This document shows, one piece after another, positions 37,907 to 48,275 of a stretch of 54,510 bases of DNA (the stretch's first letter is position 1; every line of letters begins with the position of its first letter). The notes under the pieces were generated by a model. That model had not been told where the DNA came from, did no database searches, and saw nothing but the letters and a program-made list of their open reading frames with translations. The DNA comes from a virus (Duplodnaviria; Caudoviricetes). The stretch is from positions 1-54,510 of IMG/VR virus record IMGVR_UViG_3300027819_000015; one strand, written 5' to 3'. The position numbers and the translations under genes were made by a program.

Positions 37907-38232
37907 ATAATAAGCAACTTAAAAAGTATTTTCTTAAAATATTAAAAACAAATAAGATTTTTAATAGTAAATTTAAAAAAGATTTTATTTGCTTAATATT
38001 TAGGGGACAAAAAGCATTTGAAATATATAATAAATATGAAAAACAGTTAGAAAATAAATTTATATTATTTCCTCCATTAAATATTATATCTAAAAAAAGT
38101 TCAATTGAATTAATTTATTTTCAAGATAATTTAACATTTGAGTATAATTGTGATGATCAAATTTCAGAGACAGATTTTATAATAGATGATGATATTAGAG
38201 AAAATATTAGAGAAATTATAGAAATTGAATAA
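37903..38232 (+). CDS. hypothetical protein (paralog of 36997 C-half)
   Basis: Same motifs as 36997 C-terminus. Confidence 0.7.
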   Translation: MNNKQLKKYFLKILKTNKIFNSKFKKDFICLIFRGQKAFEIYNKYEKQLENKFILFPPLNIISKKSSIELIYFQDNLTFEYNCDDQISETDFIIDDDIRENIREIIEIE

Positions 38233-38259
38233 TATAAAATAAATATAAGGAAAAATAAA

Positions 38260-38454
38260 ATGGCATTAAAATTATTTGATATATTTCTACAACCAAAAGA
38301 ACAAATAATTGGTAAAACAATTGAATTTACAATTAAAGATATAGATGTAAAAGAAAATGAAGCAATAATATCTTTTGTTGAAGTACCAACTATGCAAATT
38401 AGAATAGGTTCAAAAGTAGAAACAAAATCTTTTATAAGAAAAAAGAGAAATTGA
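38260..38454 (+). CDS. hypothetical protein
   Basis: 64 aa, AAGGA RBS. Confidence 0.7.
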   Translation: MALKLFDIFLQPKEQIIGKTIEFTIKDIDVKENEAIISFVEVPTMQIRIGSKVETKSFIRKKRN

Positions 38455-38455
38455 A

Positions 38456-38791
38456 GTGATTAAAAAATGTGAGAATATGACTAAAGAAAGAGCATATAAA
38501 TTATTTGAGTTTATATGTGAAGAAGAAGCTAAAGGTTATAATTTAGCATGCCATAGTTTAAGAGACTCTATAGCTTTTACTGCTGGTATTATAGATGAAA
38601 GTGGAAAAGTTGTGTCAAAATATTTTAAAGAAAAACCAAGACCGCCATTAAATAGATTATTATATGAATCTGATGATTCTTCTAATGTTTGTCGAAAATG
38701 TAAATCATCATTTAAAAGAAAATTTTTAATTTTTAAAACAAATAAGTGTATAAACTCAGAATGCGAAAATTATTATGGAAATATTAACTGA
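38456..38791 (+). CDS. hypothetical protein with C-terminal Cys cluster
   Basis: CRKC...CINSEC. Confidence 0.65.
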   Translation: MIKKCENMTKERAYKLFEFICEEEAKGYNLACHSLRDSIAFTAGIIDESGKVVSKYFKEKPRPPLNRLLYESDDSSNVCRKCKSSFKRKFLIFKTNKCINSECENYYGNIN

Positions 38792-38960
38792 AGAAGTAAC
38801 AGTAAAACATAATGAAAAGTATTATAAAAGATTTTACTGGAACAATACTAAAAACATTAATTGGTTTACTGATCAAGGTGATTTTGTAAATGAAGAAAAA
38901 GTTTTAGAATTAAACAAAGCATATTCAGAATTTTTAAAATTACAAAAAATAGATGAATAA
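38775..38960 (+). CDS. hypothetical protein
   Basis: 61 aa in operon. Confidence 0.65.
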   Translation: MEILTEEVTVKHNEKYYKRFYWNNTKNINWFTDQGDFVNEEKVLELNKAYSEFLKLQKIDE

Positions 38961-39711
38961 TAAAATTACAATAGTTTCTATGTCTCGACGTTTTGATGGA
39001 TATATGAAATTAATAGAACAGTTTGAATCTATAATACCAGAAATTATAGAGCAATATATAGTATTTGTTAATGATAATCAAATAAAATCATTATACAAAT
39101 CTCTAGAAAATCAAAATAAAAAAGTAAAATGTATATTTGCAAAAGAAGATTTTGTATTTAAAAATGGACATGACACTGTTTATAATTATTTAGATTCTTT
39201 AGCACAGACTAATTGGATATTAAAATTATTTGATACTGATAGAATAGAATTAAATTCTCAAGAATTCATACAAGAATTTGAAACCTTTAATAAAGAAACC
39301 ATTATTTTTGGTATACCTACATATATGCAACGAGGAGATGTTTGGGAAACTAAATATCAATTATATAAAAAGGGAAACACTATTTGGAAAGATTGTGTTC
39401 ATGAAAATTTATTATTTAATACAGAACCAAAAGCTTATGATTTAAAATCATTTAAAGTATATCATGAAAATGCAATAGATGATATTAGTAAAAATCTTAA
39501 AAAAGATAATGAAGGATTTATAATATTAGAAAAAACAGAAGAAGGTTCTGATTCTGATAATAGAAATCTTTTATATGAATATTTTACATGGAAAATAGTT
39601 CACGGTGAGTTTACACACCAACATAAACAGTGGTTTGATAAACATTATTCAAAAAATAAAGAATTAATTGATTGGTATTATAATAGAGCAAAGGAAAAAT
39701 ATAATTTATGA
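38953..39711 (+). CDS. GT2-like glycosyltransferase
   Basis: ITIV, A..NWIL...DTD (DxD), W...VHE. Confidence 0.7.
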   Translation: MNNKITIVSMSRRFDGYMKLIEQFESIIPEIIEQYIVFVNDNQIKSLYKSLENQNKKVKCIFAKEDFVFKNGHDTVYNYLDSLAQTNWILKLFDTDRIELNSQEFIQEFETFNKETIIFGIPTYMQRGDVWETKYQLYKKGNTIWKDCVHENLLFNTEPKAYDLKSFKVYHENAIDDISKNLKKDNEGFIILEKTEEGSDSDNRNLLYEYFTWKIVHGEFTHQHKQWFDKHYSKNKELIDWYYNRAKEKYNL

Positions 39712-39998
39712 AATTAAGACCGTTATACGATAAAATAGTTTTAGAAAGAATTGAACAAGAAAAAACTGATAGTGGTTTATATATACCAGAAACTTCACAA
39801 GAAAAACCAAATATTGGTATTATTATTGAAGCTGGTTATGGAAAATTTGAAAATGGGCAATATACACCATTAGCTGTTAAAAAAGGTGATAAAGTTTTAT
39901 TTGCTAAATTTTCAGGAACAGAAGTTGAATTTGGTGATAAAAAATATATTATAATAAGAGAAAATGATATTTTATCTATTTTAGAAGAAAATGAATAA
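39708..39998 (+). CDS. groES: co-chaperonin GroES
   Basis: LRPLYD, KT.SGLYIP..SQEKP, VK.GDKVLF.K.SGTEV, E.DIL. Confidence 0.97.
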   Translation: MKLRPLYDKIVLERIEQEKTDSGLYIPETSQEKPNIGIIIEAGYGKFENGQYTPLAVKKGDKVLFAKFSGTEVEFGDKKYIIIRENDILSILEENE

Positions 39999-41307
39999 CT
40001 ATAACACAATAACAGAATGTCGAGTATGTGGTTCAAAAAACATTGAACAATATTTAGATCTTGGTTTGACGCCTTGGTGTAATGGTATATTATCTAAAGA
40101 ACAGTTTGAGGATGAAAAATTTTATCCATTACGTTTAGCATTTTGTCATAATTGTACAACAAGTAATTTATTAGATACAATTCCTAAAAAAGAAATGTTT
40201 TCTAATCATACTTATGTTTCTGGTACAACAAAGACATTAGCTGATCATTTTTTAAATATTGCAAAAGATGTTATAGAAAAATTTAATGTTTATAATACAG
40301 ATTTGATAGTTGATATTGGTGGCAATGATGGAACAAATTTACTACAATATAAAAATATGGGTGGTAAAAATCTTGTTAATGTTGAATCTGCAAAGAATAT
40401 AGCACAATTATCTATTCGTAATAAAATAACAACATTAAATAAATTTTTTGATAAAGATATAACAAGAACTATATATACACCATTTTTTGATAGATATGCT
40501 AAACAAAATGATAATGAAGAATTAGAAATTGAAGTTGCAAAATTAGTTAATGCAAAAGTTATAAATGCTTCTGGTGTATTTTTTCATCTTGAAGATTTAC
40601 ATTCTGTATGTGAAGGTGTTAAAAATCTATTAAGAGAAGATGGTGTTTTTGTAGTTCAATTTATGTATATAGATGATATTATTAAAAAATTACAGTTTGA
40701 TAGTATTTATCATGAACATCTTCTTTTTTATACTAAAAAATCTTTATGCATTTTATTAGAAAAATATGGTTTATACCCTCATGAATTTTATCATTCTGAT
40801 ATTCATGGTGGTAGTATGATAGCATATTTTACAAAAAAGAAAATTAAAGAAAGCAAAGAAGTATACATAGAAGATGAATCATTATATAATATAAAAACAT
40901 ATAAAAAATTTAGTGATGATATATTAGTATATAGAGAAAAGTTAGTAAATATTATCTATAATATATTTACAGAAAATACTTTTATTAATCTTTATGGTGT
41001 ACCTGCAAAAAGCACAACACTACTCAATTATTGTAATATAGGTCAATATATAGATTTTGCAGAAGAAGCAAATCAATTGAAGTGTGGTTATTATACTCCA
41101 GGCACACACATACCAATAGTTCATTATTCAGCTATTACAGATAGACCAAAATATTATTTGATAACGTCATGGAATTTTCTTAAAGAATTTATAAAAAAAG
41201 AAATAAAATATTTAGAAGATGGTGGTAGTTTTATAGTACCATTTCCTAATGATCCATTTATTATTGATAAAAATAATTATAATTTATTTATAGAAGATAT
41301 GAGATAA
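39991..41307 (+). CDS. NDP-sugar C-methyltransferase 1 (TylC3/TcaB9-like)
   Basis: CRVC...CHNC, DIGGNDG, YHEH, IHGGS, YG.PAK..TLL, G..TPGTHIPI, WNF. Confidence 0.92.
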   Translation: MNNYNTITECRVCGSKNIEQYLDLGLTPWCNGILSKEQFEDEKFYPLRLAFCHNCTTSNLLDTIPKKEMFSNHTYVSGTTKTLADHFLNIAKDVIEKFNVYNTDLIVDIGGNDGTNLLQYKNMGGKNLVNVESAKNIAQLSIRNKITTLNKFFDKDITRTIYTPFFDRYAKQNDNEELEIEVAKLVNAKVINASGVFFHLEDLHSVCEGVKNLLREDGVFVVQFMYIDDIIKKLQFDSIYHEHLLFYTKKSLCILLEKYGLYPHEFYHSDIHGGSMIAYFTKKKIKESKEVYIEDESLYNIKTYKKFSDDILVYREKLVNIIYNIFTENTFINLYGVPAKSTTLLNYCNIGQYIDFAEEANQLKCGYYTPGTHIPIVHYSAITDRPKYYLITSWNFLKEFIKKEIKYLEDGGSFIVPFPNDPFIIDKNNYNLFIEDMR

Positions 41308-41310
41308 AAA

Positions 41311-41970
41311 ATGATTAAACTTTGGGCAGAAGCAATAATAGCATTTGATTCAAATGATCATTTATTTCCCTGGGGAACTATGAGAGATAGTTCTACAAAC
41401 TCTGCTTTTATAGGTGAAGTTATAAAAAGATTTGAAGGTAGAAAATTTAACATTCTTGATCTTGGTTGTTCTGGTGGTAAGTTAATAGAAGATTTTATTC
41501 CTTATGCTAATTATGCCATTGGTTTAGAGGGTAGTGATTTTAGTTTAAAAAATAGACGTGATAGTTGGTTACATTTAACCAATAAGAATTTATTTACATG
41601 TGATGTTAGTAGAAGATTTGAAATAGAAGACTTTAATGATAAAAGAATTTTATTTGAAGTTATAACTGCATGGGAATTAATAGAACATATTAAAACAGAT
41701 AGATTAGAACGATTTTTTAAAAATATATGGAATCACATGACTGATGATGGTATATTTTCTTGTTCTATATCTACAATGCCAGAACCTGCACCTGGTGCTA
41801 AAAATAATGAAGTTCTGCATGAAACTGTTTGGAATGAAAAAACATGGTTAGAATATTTAGAAAACTTAAAATTATTTAAAATATTAAAAGAAGATAAACT
41901 TATATTTTATAATAGAGTTAGAAGAGAACATGGTAGTTTTCAATTAGATTTGAGGAAAGCTTATTTATGA
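41311..41970 (+). CDS. class I SAM-dependent methyltransferase
   Basis: ILDLGCSGG, F.VITAWELIEHI. Confidence 0.88.
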   Translation: MIKLWAEAIIAFDSNDHLFPWGTMRDSSTNSAFIGEVIKRFEGRKFNILDLGCSGGKLIEDFIPYANYAIGLEGSDFSLKNRRDSWLHLTNKNLFTCDVSRRFEIEDFNDKRILFEVITAWELIEHIKTDRLERFFKNIWNHMTDDGIFSCSISTMPEPAPGAKNNEVLHETVWNEKTWLEYLENLKLFKILKEDKLIFYNRVRREHGSFQLDLRKAYL

Positions 41971-42881
41971 AAAATGTATTGGTTTTGGGTGGCAATGGTT
42001 TTCTTGGAAGACATATTTTAAAATATCTTATAAAAGATTTGTCTTATATTATTTATGCACCGCTTAATAGAGTATTTTTTAATTTAGAAGATTATAAAAG
42101 TATATTAGAGTATGCTAAATTTACAAAATTTGATTATATATTTCATTGCGCTGTATATTTTAAACCAGGTAATTTTTCAGTTGATGGTGAAAATTATATA
42201 TACAACGAAATAATTAATAACAATGTATTAAGATATTTTTGGGAATATCAAAGACAGGCAACTTTAATAACTTTTGGTTCAGATGCTGCATATAATCCTT
42301 CAGTTGAAAGAATTGAAAGTAATTATTTATCTAAACATCCTTCTGAAGATTATTATGGCTATGCTTTATCAAAAAGAAACTTATACCAAGGATTATTACA
42401 ATTAGAAAAACAAGATAATTCAATAAAATTTTTACATTTACCTATAATTAGTTTATATGGTGCTGATTATAAAAGAGATGATGATCATTTAATACATTCA
42501 ATTTTAAGAAAAGCTGTTGAAGCAAAATATCATAGTAAAATGGCTGAATTTTGGGGAGATGGTAATCAAATAAGAGAAATAGTCTATGTAGATGATCTTG
42601 TAAAAAATATATTTTCATTGTTAGAAAAAAACGTAACAGGTATTTATAATCTTGGTTCTGATATTAAATCTAGAACAACAATTAATTATTACATTAATAC
42701 TATTTTTAATAAAATTGGTACAAATGATTATTGTTATAATCTTGATGCTAAAAAAGGATTATTTATAAAAACATTAAATAATCAAAAAGCAATGAATGTA
42801 CTTGGTAATGGATATAAAGATACAAAATTTGAAGATACGTTAGATGAAATAATTGATTATTCAGTTAAACTATATAAATAG
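41967..42881 (+). CDS. extended SDR, GDP-fucose synthase-like epimerase/reductase
   Basis: GGNGFLG, YALSK, LYG, WGDG.Q.RE..YV.D. Confidence 0.85.
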   Translation: MKNVLVLGGNGFLGRHILKYLIKDLSYIIYAPLNRVFFNLEDYKSILEYAKFTKFDYIFHCAVYFKPGNFSVDGENYIYNEIINNNVLRYFWEYQRQATLITFGSDAAYNPSVERIESNYLSKHPSEDYYGYALSKRNLYQGLLQLEKQDNSIKFLHLPIISLYGADYKRDDDHLIHSILRKAVEAKYHSKMAEFWGDGNQIREIVYVDDLVKNIFSLLEKNVTGIYNLGSDIKSRTTINYYINTIFNKIGTNDYCYNLDAKKGLFIKTLNNQKAMNVLGNGYKDTKFEDTLDEIIDYSVKLYK

Positions 42882-42882
42882 A

Positions 42883-43080
42883 GTGAAATCTATAACAGAA
42901 ATCGCAGAAACATTTAATAGACGTAGTATTAGCAATGATAAAAGAGAAATAATAGAACTTGCTATGAATGAAATGAGAAATGAAATAATTAATGAAATAT
43001 TATTATCTTCTGATTATGGTATGATGTTCAGCGAAAAACAAAGACTTATCAGAGATATTAAAAATATAAAAATTTGGTAA
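42883..43080 (+). CDS. hypothetical protein
   Basis: Track ORF 42853; in-frame GTG at 42883 just after upstream stop preferred. Confidence 0.55.
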   Translation: MKSITEIAETFNRRSISNDKREIIELAMNEMRNEIINEILLSSDYGMMFSEKQRLIRDIKNIKIW

Positions 43081-43084
43081 ATAA

Positions 43085-44137
43085 ATGATATCAATAATTA
43101 TTCCATGTGGCTATTTTAATGATTCAGAATTAGAAAAAGATCGTTTAATTAAATTTATAAAACAATTAGAATCATTTAAATATGTAAGATTTAATGATGG
43201 TGATGAATTAATTTTTGTTGAATCTTCACCAAGACAAAGACTTAAATCTACTATTAAAAATTATGCTAATCAATTAAATGTTAGTTGGCAATATATTTAT
43301 ATAGAACCAAGAAAAGAAGATGATGGATTTTTTAACCAATCTTTAGTTAAAAATCTAGGAACAAAATTAGCAAAAAATGATTTTGTTTTATATATTAATT
43401 CCGACATTATTTTACAAAATAATGCATTAGAACAACTTAAAGCTTCTTTTGAGTTTGATAAAGATAAATTTATTATATGTGCTAGACATGATATATTTTT
43501 AGATAACAGTGAAATTAATGAAGATTTTTTTAATGCTATAAACATTGAATCTAATTATGAAACAAAACTTTTAAAATTGCAAGATTCTGGTTGGTATTAT
43601 AACTTAAAAATAGAAGCTAAAATAGGTATAAGTAGCAATTTAAAAATATTTACAAACAAAAATTATATTAATAAATTAAATTATGATTTTTTATCTGGAT
43701 ATATCGTTTTTGGTGATTTTTTTGCTTATAAAAAAGAATATGCATTAAAATATCCATTTGATGAAAATTGTTTAGCATTAACTGATGCATTTATAAGAGA
43801 TATATTATTTAGTAATATTAAAGCACTAAGATTGTTTACACTTCATTCATATACTTCATGTTTTCATTTATCGGGAAAAGATTATCAAGGCCAAACTAAA
43901 GAAGGGGATCCTAAAAGAATTAGACTCCATAGAGATCAACTATATTTAACTGAAAAATATCCAGAATTATATTGGTGGTCAATATTTGGGTATCATAAAG
44001 AATATAAAGAATTTATTGATAAGCGTTTTACAAAAGAACAAGTTCAAGATTTAATAGAAAAATACTCAACAGATATACACTGGAAATACTTTACAGATCG
44101 TGAAGATTTTACTAACTATTATAATATTAAAAAATAA
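43085..44137 (+). CDS. GT2 glycosyltransferase
   Basis: ISIIIP, ELIFVE, KNLG...AK.D......SDI, FDE. Confidence 0.85.
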   Translation: MISIIIPCGYFNDSELEKDRLIKFIKQLESFKYVRFNDGDELIFVESSPRQRLKSTIKNYANQLNVSWQYIYIEPRKEDDGFFNQSLVKNLGTKLAKNDFVLYINSDIILQNNALEQLKASFEFDKDKFIICARHDIFLDNSEINEDFFNAINIESNYETKLLKLQDSGWYYNLKIEAKIGISSNLKIFTNKNYINKLNYDFLSGYIVFGDFFAYKKEYALKYPFDENCLALTDAFIRDILFSNIKALRLFTLHSYTSCFHLSGKDYQGQTKEGDPKRIRLHRDQLYLTEKYPELYWWSIFGYHKEYKEFIDKRFTKEQVQDLIEKYSTDIHWKYFTDREDFTNYYNIKK

Positions 44138-44508
44138 TGGGCTGGTCAATAGGATTTGATACTAAATGGAATAGAGATATAGGGTATGGTGTTCCATGCG
44201 AATGTGATCACCCAAAATGTAAAAACAAAATTGATAGAGGTCTTGCATATGTTTGCTGCGAACAACAACCATATGGTGGAGAAAATGGCTGTGGATTATA
44301 TTTTTGCAGTGATCATAGAGGAGAAAATGGAAAATGCGAACGATGTGAGAAAAATAAAAAACCATTTAAAGCAAAACCAGATATTGATGAGTGGATTCAG
44401 TGGAAATTAACTGATGAAAGTTGGGCTGAATGGAGGAAAGAGAATGAAGAATTTATTAAAAAATATTATAAATTAAATTGGCCAAAAAATTATAATTCAA
44501 ATGAATAA
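44137..44508 (+). CDS. Cys-rich phage hypothetical protein
   Basis: RDIGYGVP..CDHP.C...IDRGL, GCGLYFC..H, C..C. Confidence 0.8.
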   Translation: MGWSIGFDTKWNRDIGYGVPCECDHPKCKNKIDRGLAYVCCEQQPYGGENGCGLYFCSDHRGENGKCERCEKNKKPFKAKPDIDEWIQWKLTDESWAEWRKENEEFIKKYYKLNWPKNYNSNE

Positions 44509-45304
44509 ATTTTCAGATCTTGTCACAGTTATATGTGTTACATGGAATAATTTTGATTATTTCATCTCAATGGCAATGAGTCTTGCTTCAGAGTCTAGAG
44601 ACCCAGATATAAAATTAATAACACACATAAATGAAGATAAAAGAACAGAAAGATGGTGCAAGGGTGCAGAAGAAAGATATACTTTTTCAGAAATTAACCA
44701 AGGTATTTTTTGGCCACTAAATAATTTAGTCAATCTTGTTAAAACTCCCTATGTGTTATTTTGGGCAGATGATATTTTATTTTTAAAAGATTGGGATTAT
44801 TATCTTTTAAAAGTTTTAAATTATTATCGCCAATATAATGAAGATAATATATGGATAGCACCAAGGTTAATAGAGCCAATAAATTGTTTTGCTCCCCAAG
44901 AACATCCATATTGCACTATACACGATTTTGGTAAAGAATTATTTGATTTTGATGATAAATATAGTGATGAAGCTTTAGAAAAATTAAGAGATAAAACAGT
45001 TAGAAGTTTACCAAACGGTAATATGATAATGTCTGTAAAAGCCTTTAAAGAATTAGGTGGTTATGATTTAAATTATAAAGCTGGAGCTGATAGTGATTTA
45101 ACATGGAGATTTGTAAAAAAATATGGCACAAGTGGTATTAAACAAGTTGGTAGTTCTTTATGTTATCATTTTGGTAGTGTAGTTACTGGTAAGAATAAAG
45201 AAAGAAGACAAGAATTAGAAAAACAAGGTATTGAATTATTTCAGAAAAATCATGGATTTTTTATTGGAGACATAACAAATAAAATATTGAAAGGTGATTT
45301 ATGA
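44501..45304 (+). CDS. GT2 glycosyltransferase
   Basis: VTVI..TWN, NQG, DD, GGYD......D.DL..R, YHFGS. Confidence 0.88.
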   Translation: MNKFSDLVTVICVTWNNFDYFISMAMSLASESRDPDIKLITHINEDKRTERWCKGAEERYTFSEINQGIFWPLNNLVNLVKTPYVLFWADDILFLKDWDYYLLKVLNYYRQYNEDNIWIAPRLIEPINCFAPQEHPYCTIHDFGKELFDFDDKYSDEALEKLRDKTVRSLPNGNMIMSVKAFKELGGYDLNYKAGADSDLTWRFVKKYGTSGIKQVGSSLCYHFGSVVTGKNKERRQELEKQGIELFQKNHGFFIGDITNKILKGDL

Positions 45305-45573
45305 ATCTTTATTTAATTGATGATGTAGATATTATAGCAGCTGAAAATGAAAAAGAAGCTATAGATTTTTATTTAACTGTAAGAGAAGATAATATAACTC
45401 CAGATGATAGTGAAATTGAGTTAATGACAGAAGATCAATTAAATAATTGGGTATATTATTATTTTCCTGGCACAGAAGAAGAAGGTGCAACAACAACTTT
45501 TAAGAAAAGATTAGAAGAATTAATTAAAGAGAACACAAAATTTCCAATGTTTTTTGCAACAACTGAGTATTAA
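45301..45573 (+). CDS. acidic hypothetical protein
   Basis: 90 aa, ATGA overlap. Confidence 0.75.
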   Translation: MNLYLIDDVDIIAAENEKEAIDFYLTVREDNITPDDSEIELMTEDQLNNWVYYYFPGTEEEGATTTFKKRLEELIKENTKFPMFFATTEY

Positions 45574-45580
45574 ATATTTT

Positions 45581-46891
45581 ATGGATAAAACAATAGCATA
45601 TAAAGTAAAAAATAATTGTAGACTTTGTGGTTCATTAAGGTTAAATGGTGTTCTAAATTTAGGACAGCAACCATTAGCTAATTCATATTTAAATAGTTTT
45701 GATTTATTAGAATCAAATGAAGATAAATATGAGTTGATATTAAATACTTGTTTAGATTGTGGACACAATCAACTTTCTATAGTTGTCAATCCAGATATGA
45801 TATATAAAAATTATTTATATGTTTCTGGAACACCTGAGACATTCCATATGCATTGTCAAGATTTAGCAGATAAATATACAGATATATTACAATTAGGTGA
45901 AGCAGATTTAGTTGTTGATATAGCAGGTAATGATGGAACATTATTGTCAAAATTTATAAATAAAGAAAAATTTATAAATGTTGTTAATGTAGATCCAGCA
46001 AAAAATTTAGCAGAATCTGCAAGAGAAAAAGGAATTGATGTTTTTAGTTTATTTTTTAATGAAAAGATAGCTAAAAAAATAACATGGAAATATAATAAAA
46101 AAGCAAAATTAATTATTGCGCAAAATGTATTTGCGCATGTAGATGATTTAGATTCTTTTATGAATGGTATAAATGAATTATTAGACAATACTGGAATATT
46201 TGTTGTTGAATTTCCATATGCCATTGATATGTTTAATAGAACAGCTTTTGATACAATTTATCATGAACATTTATCTTATTTTCAATTAAGTTCGTTACAA
46301 AAATTTTTAAATAAAAAGGGTTTTTATATTCATGAAGTTGATTATTTTAAAAATATACATGGTGGGACAGTTAGACTTTCTATTTGCAAATCTATAATAC
46401 ATGAAAAACACTGGATAGAATTTAGAGATTCGTGGTATAAAAAATTTATACCAGAAAATATAAATAATTTTTTTAGAATCGATAAATTGTGTAATCTTAG
46501 TGATAAATCAATTTTTTCTCTTAATGTTGTTAATTTAAAAGAAAAAATAAAGATTCTTTTTGATAATATTTATGATTCTAAAAAAACTATACATATTTTA
46601 GGTGCATCGGCAAAAGGAAATACATTTTTAAATTATTGTTTTGATAAAGAGTATTTTAAAAATAAGCAAGTTATTTGTTATGATGAAAATAGATTAAAAT
46701 GTGATAAATATTTACCCGGAACTTGTATTAAAATAAAACATCCCGACGATATATTGAAAAATAAAAAACACCCAGATTATATATTTATTACAGTGTGGAA
46801 TTTTAAAGATGAATTAATACAAAGATTTAGAGAAAAATATAATTATAAGGGTAATTTTATAATAGCAATTCCTAATTTGGAGATAATATAG
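45581..46891 (+). CDS. NDP-sugar C-methyltransferase 2
   Basis: CRLC...CLDC, LG.QPLAN, DIAGNDG, NVFAH, YHEH, IHGG, GASAKG.T; start moved to ATG 45581. Confidence 0.92.
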   Translation: MDKTIAYKVKNNCRLCGSLRLNGVLNLGQQPLANSYLNSFDLLESNEDKYELILNTCLDCGHNQLSIVVNPDMIYKNYLYVSGTPETFHMHCQDLADKYTDILQLGEADLVVDIAGNDGTLLSKFINKEKFINVVNVDPAKNLAESAREKGIDVFSLFFNEKIAKKITWKYNKKAKLIIAQNVFAHVDDLDSFMNGINELLDNTGIFVVEFPYAIDMFNRTAFDTIYHEHLSYFQLSSLQKFLNKKGFYIHEVDYFKNIHGGTVRLSICKSIIHEKHWIEFRDSWYKKFIPENINNFFRIDKLCNLSDKSIFSLNVVNLKEKIKILFDNIYDSKKTIHILGASAKGNTFLNYCFDKEYFKNKQVICYDENRLKCDKYLPGTCIKIKHPDDILKNKKHPDYIFITVWNFKDELIQRFREKYNYKGNFIIAIPNLEII

Positions 46892-47103
46892 TGAGTGAAT
46901 TTGGAGTTTTTGCAAAATCTACTTTATATTTGCATATAAATAATAATAAAAATACATATTATGAAAGAAGAATTACACATCCTTTATTTTCCGATGGAAA
47001 AGTACTTTGGTTAAAGAGTGATGGGTATACATCTTTAGAAAGAATTAAAGATAAAAGACTTATAAAAATTTTAGAAAATAAAATAACAACATTAAACAAA
47101 TAG
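46891..47103 (+). CDS. hypothetical protein
   Basis: 70 aa, GTG start overlapping upstream stop. Confidence 0.6.
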   Translation: MSEFGVFAKSTLYLHINNNKNTYYERRITHPLFSDGKVLWLKSDGYTSLERIKDKRLIKILENKITTLNK

Positions 47104-47104
47104 T

Positions 47105-47314
47105 ATGAATAAAATAGATGTAACAGATAAATTTGATTTTGGTGACAATGATGGTGAATATTTACCTATAAGAAAATGTATATGTGGTATGAATTTTAAT
47201 TATTGGGAATTTTTTATAAAAACATATTATGATTCTCCAAAAGAATGCCCAAACTGTAAAAGAAAGTTTTGTTTTTTAAACGAAATAAAAATTTATGAGA
47301 TAGTAGATGAGTAG
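47105..47314 (+). CDS. small zinc-binding hypothetical protein
   Basis: CICG...CPNC. Confidence 0.7.
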   Translation: MNKIDVTDKFDFGDNDGEYLPIRKCICGMNFNYWEFFIKTYYDSPKECPNCKRKFCFLNEIKIYEIVDE

Positions 47315-48275
47315 TATAGTTATTACAGGATGTTTTGGATTTATAGGAAAAAATTTTTTAAAAAAATGTTTAAAATTAGGTCACTATGTTTATGGTATAG
47401 ACAATCTTTCATATTCAGCTTTAAATGAATATGACTCTGAAATTATGCAAAATGAAAATTTTAAATTTGTAAAAGAAGATATATCAAAATTAGAATATTT
47501 ACCAGATTGTGATTATATAGTAAATTTTGCAGCAGAATCGCATGTTGATAATTCAATAGCTAATTCAGAGAAATTTTTAGACACAAATGTAAAAGGCACT
47601 ACAAGATTATTAGATTTAGTTAAACAAAAATCTAATTATAAAATGCCACTATTTGTTCAAATATCAACAGATGAAGTTTATGGCGATAATAAAACACATA
47701 AATATTTCACAGAAGAGCAAATATTAAACCCTTCAAACCCATATGCTGCTTCAAAGGCTAGTGCAGATTTAATTGTTTTATCATATGCTAGAACACATAA
47801 TATATCATATGTTATTTTTAGACCGACAAATAATTATGGCGTAGGACAACATCCTGAAAAATTTATACCAAAATCTATACAGCTTTTAATGAGAAAACAA
47901 AAGATACAAATTCATGGCGATGGTAGTTTTGAAAGATGTTGGTTACATGTAGAAGATACCTGTGATGCTATTTATAATTTTTTAAAAATAGATTTTATTA
48001 ATAATAAATATAGAAATCAAATTTATAATATATCTAGTGATGAATTTATATCTATAGAAAAAATTGCTTATGATGTTGTTAAACATTATTATTTAACTGG
48101 ATTTGTAGATCCATTAAAATTCATAGAATATAATTATGAAAGAAAAGGTGCAGATATAAATTATAGAATAGATAGTACAAAACTCAGATATGTTGTAGAT
48201 TGGAAACCTTATAGAAAATTTACAGAAGAAATAGATAAAATAATAAATGATGTAAAATTAAATTTTAGGTGGTAA
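47307..48275 (+). CDS. rmlB: dTDP-glucose 4,6-dehydratase
   Basis: TG..GFIG, FAAESHVDNS, STDEVYG, PYAASK, NNYG..Q.PEK.IP. Confidence 0.95.
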   Translation: MSSIVITGCFGFIGKNFLKKCLKLGHYVYGIDNLSYSALNEYDSEIMQNENFKFVKEDISKLEYLPDCDYIVNFAAESHVDNSIANSEKFLDTNVKGTTRLLDLVKQKSNYKMPLFVQISTDEVYGDNKTHKYFTEEQILNPSNPYAASKASADLIVLSYARTHNISYVIFRPTNNYGVGQHPEKFIPKSIQLLMRKQKIQIHGDGSFERCWLHVEDTCDAIYNFLKIDFINNKYRNQIYNISSDEFISIEKIAYDVVKHYYLTGFVDPLKFIEYNYERKGADINYRIDSTKLRYVVDWKPYRKFTEEIDKIINDVKLNFRW

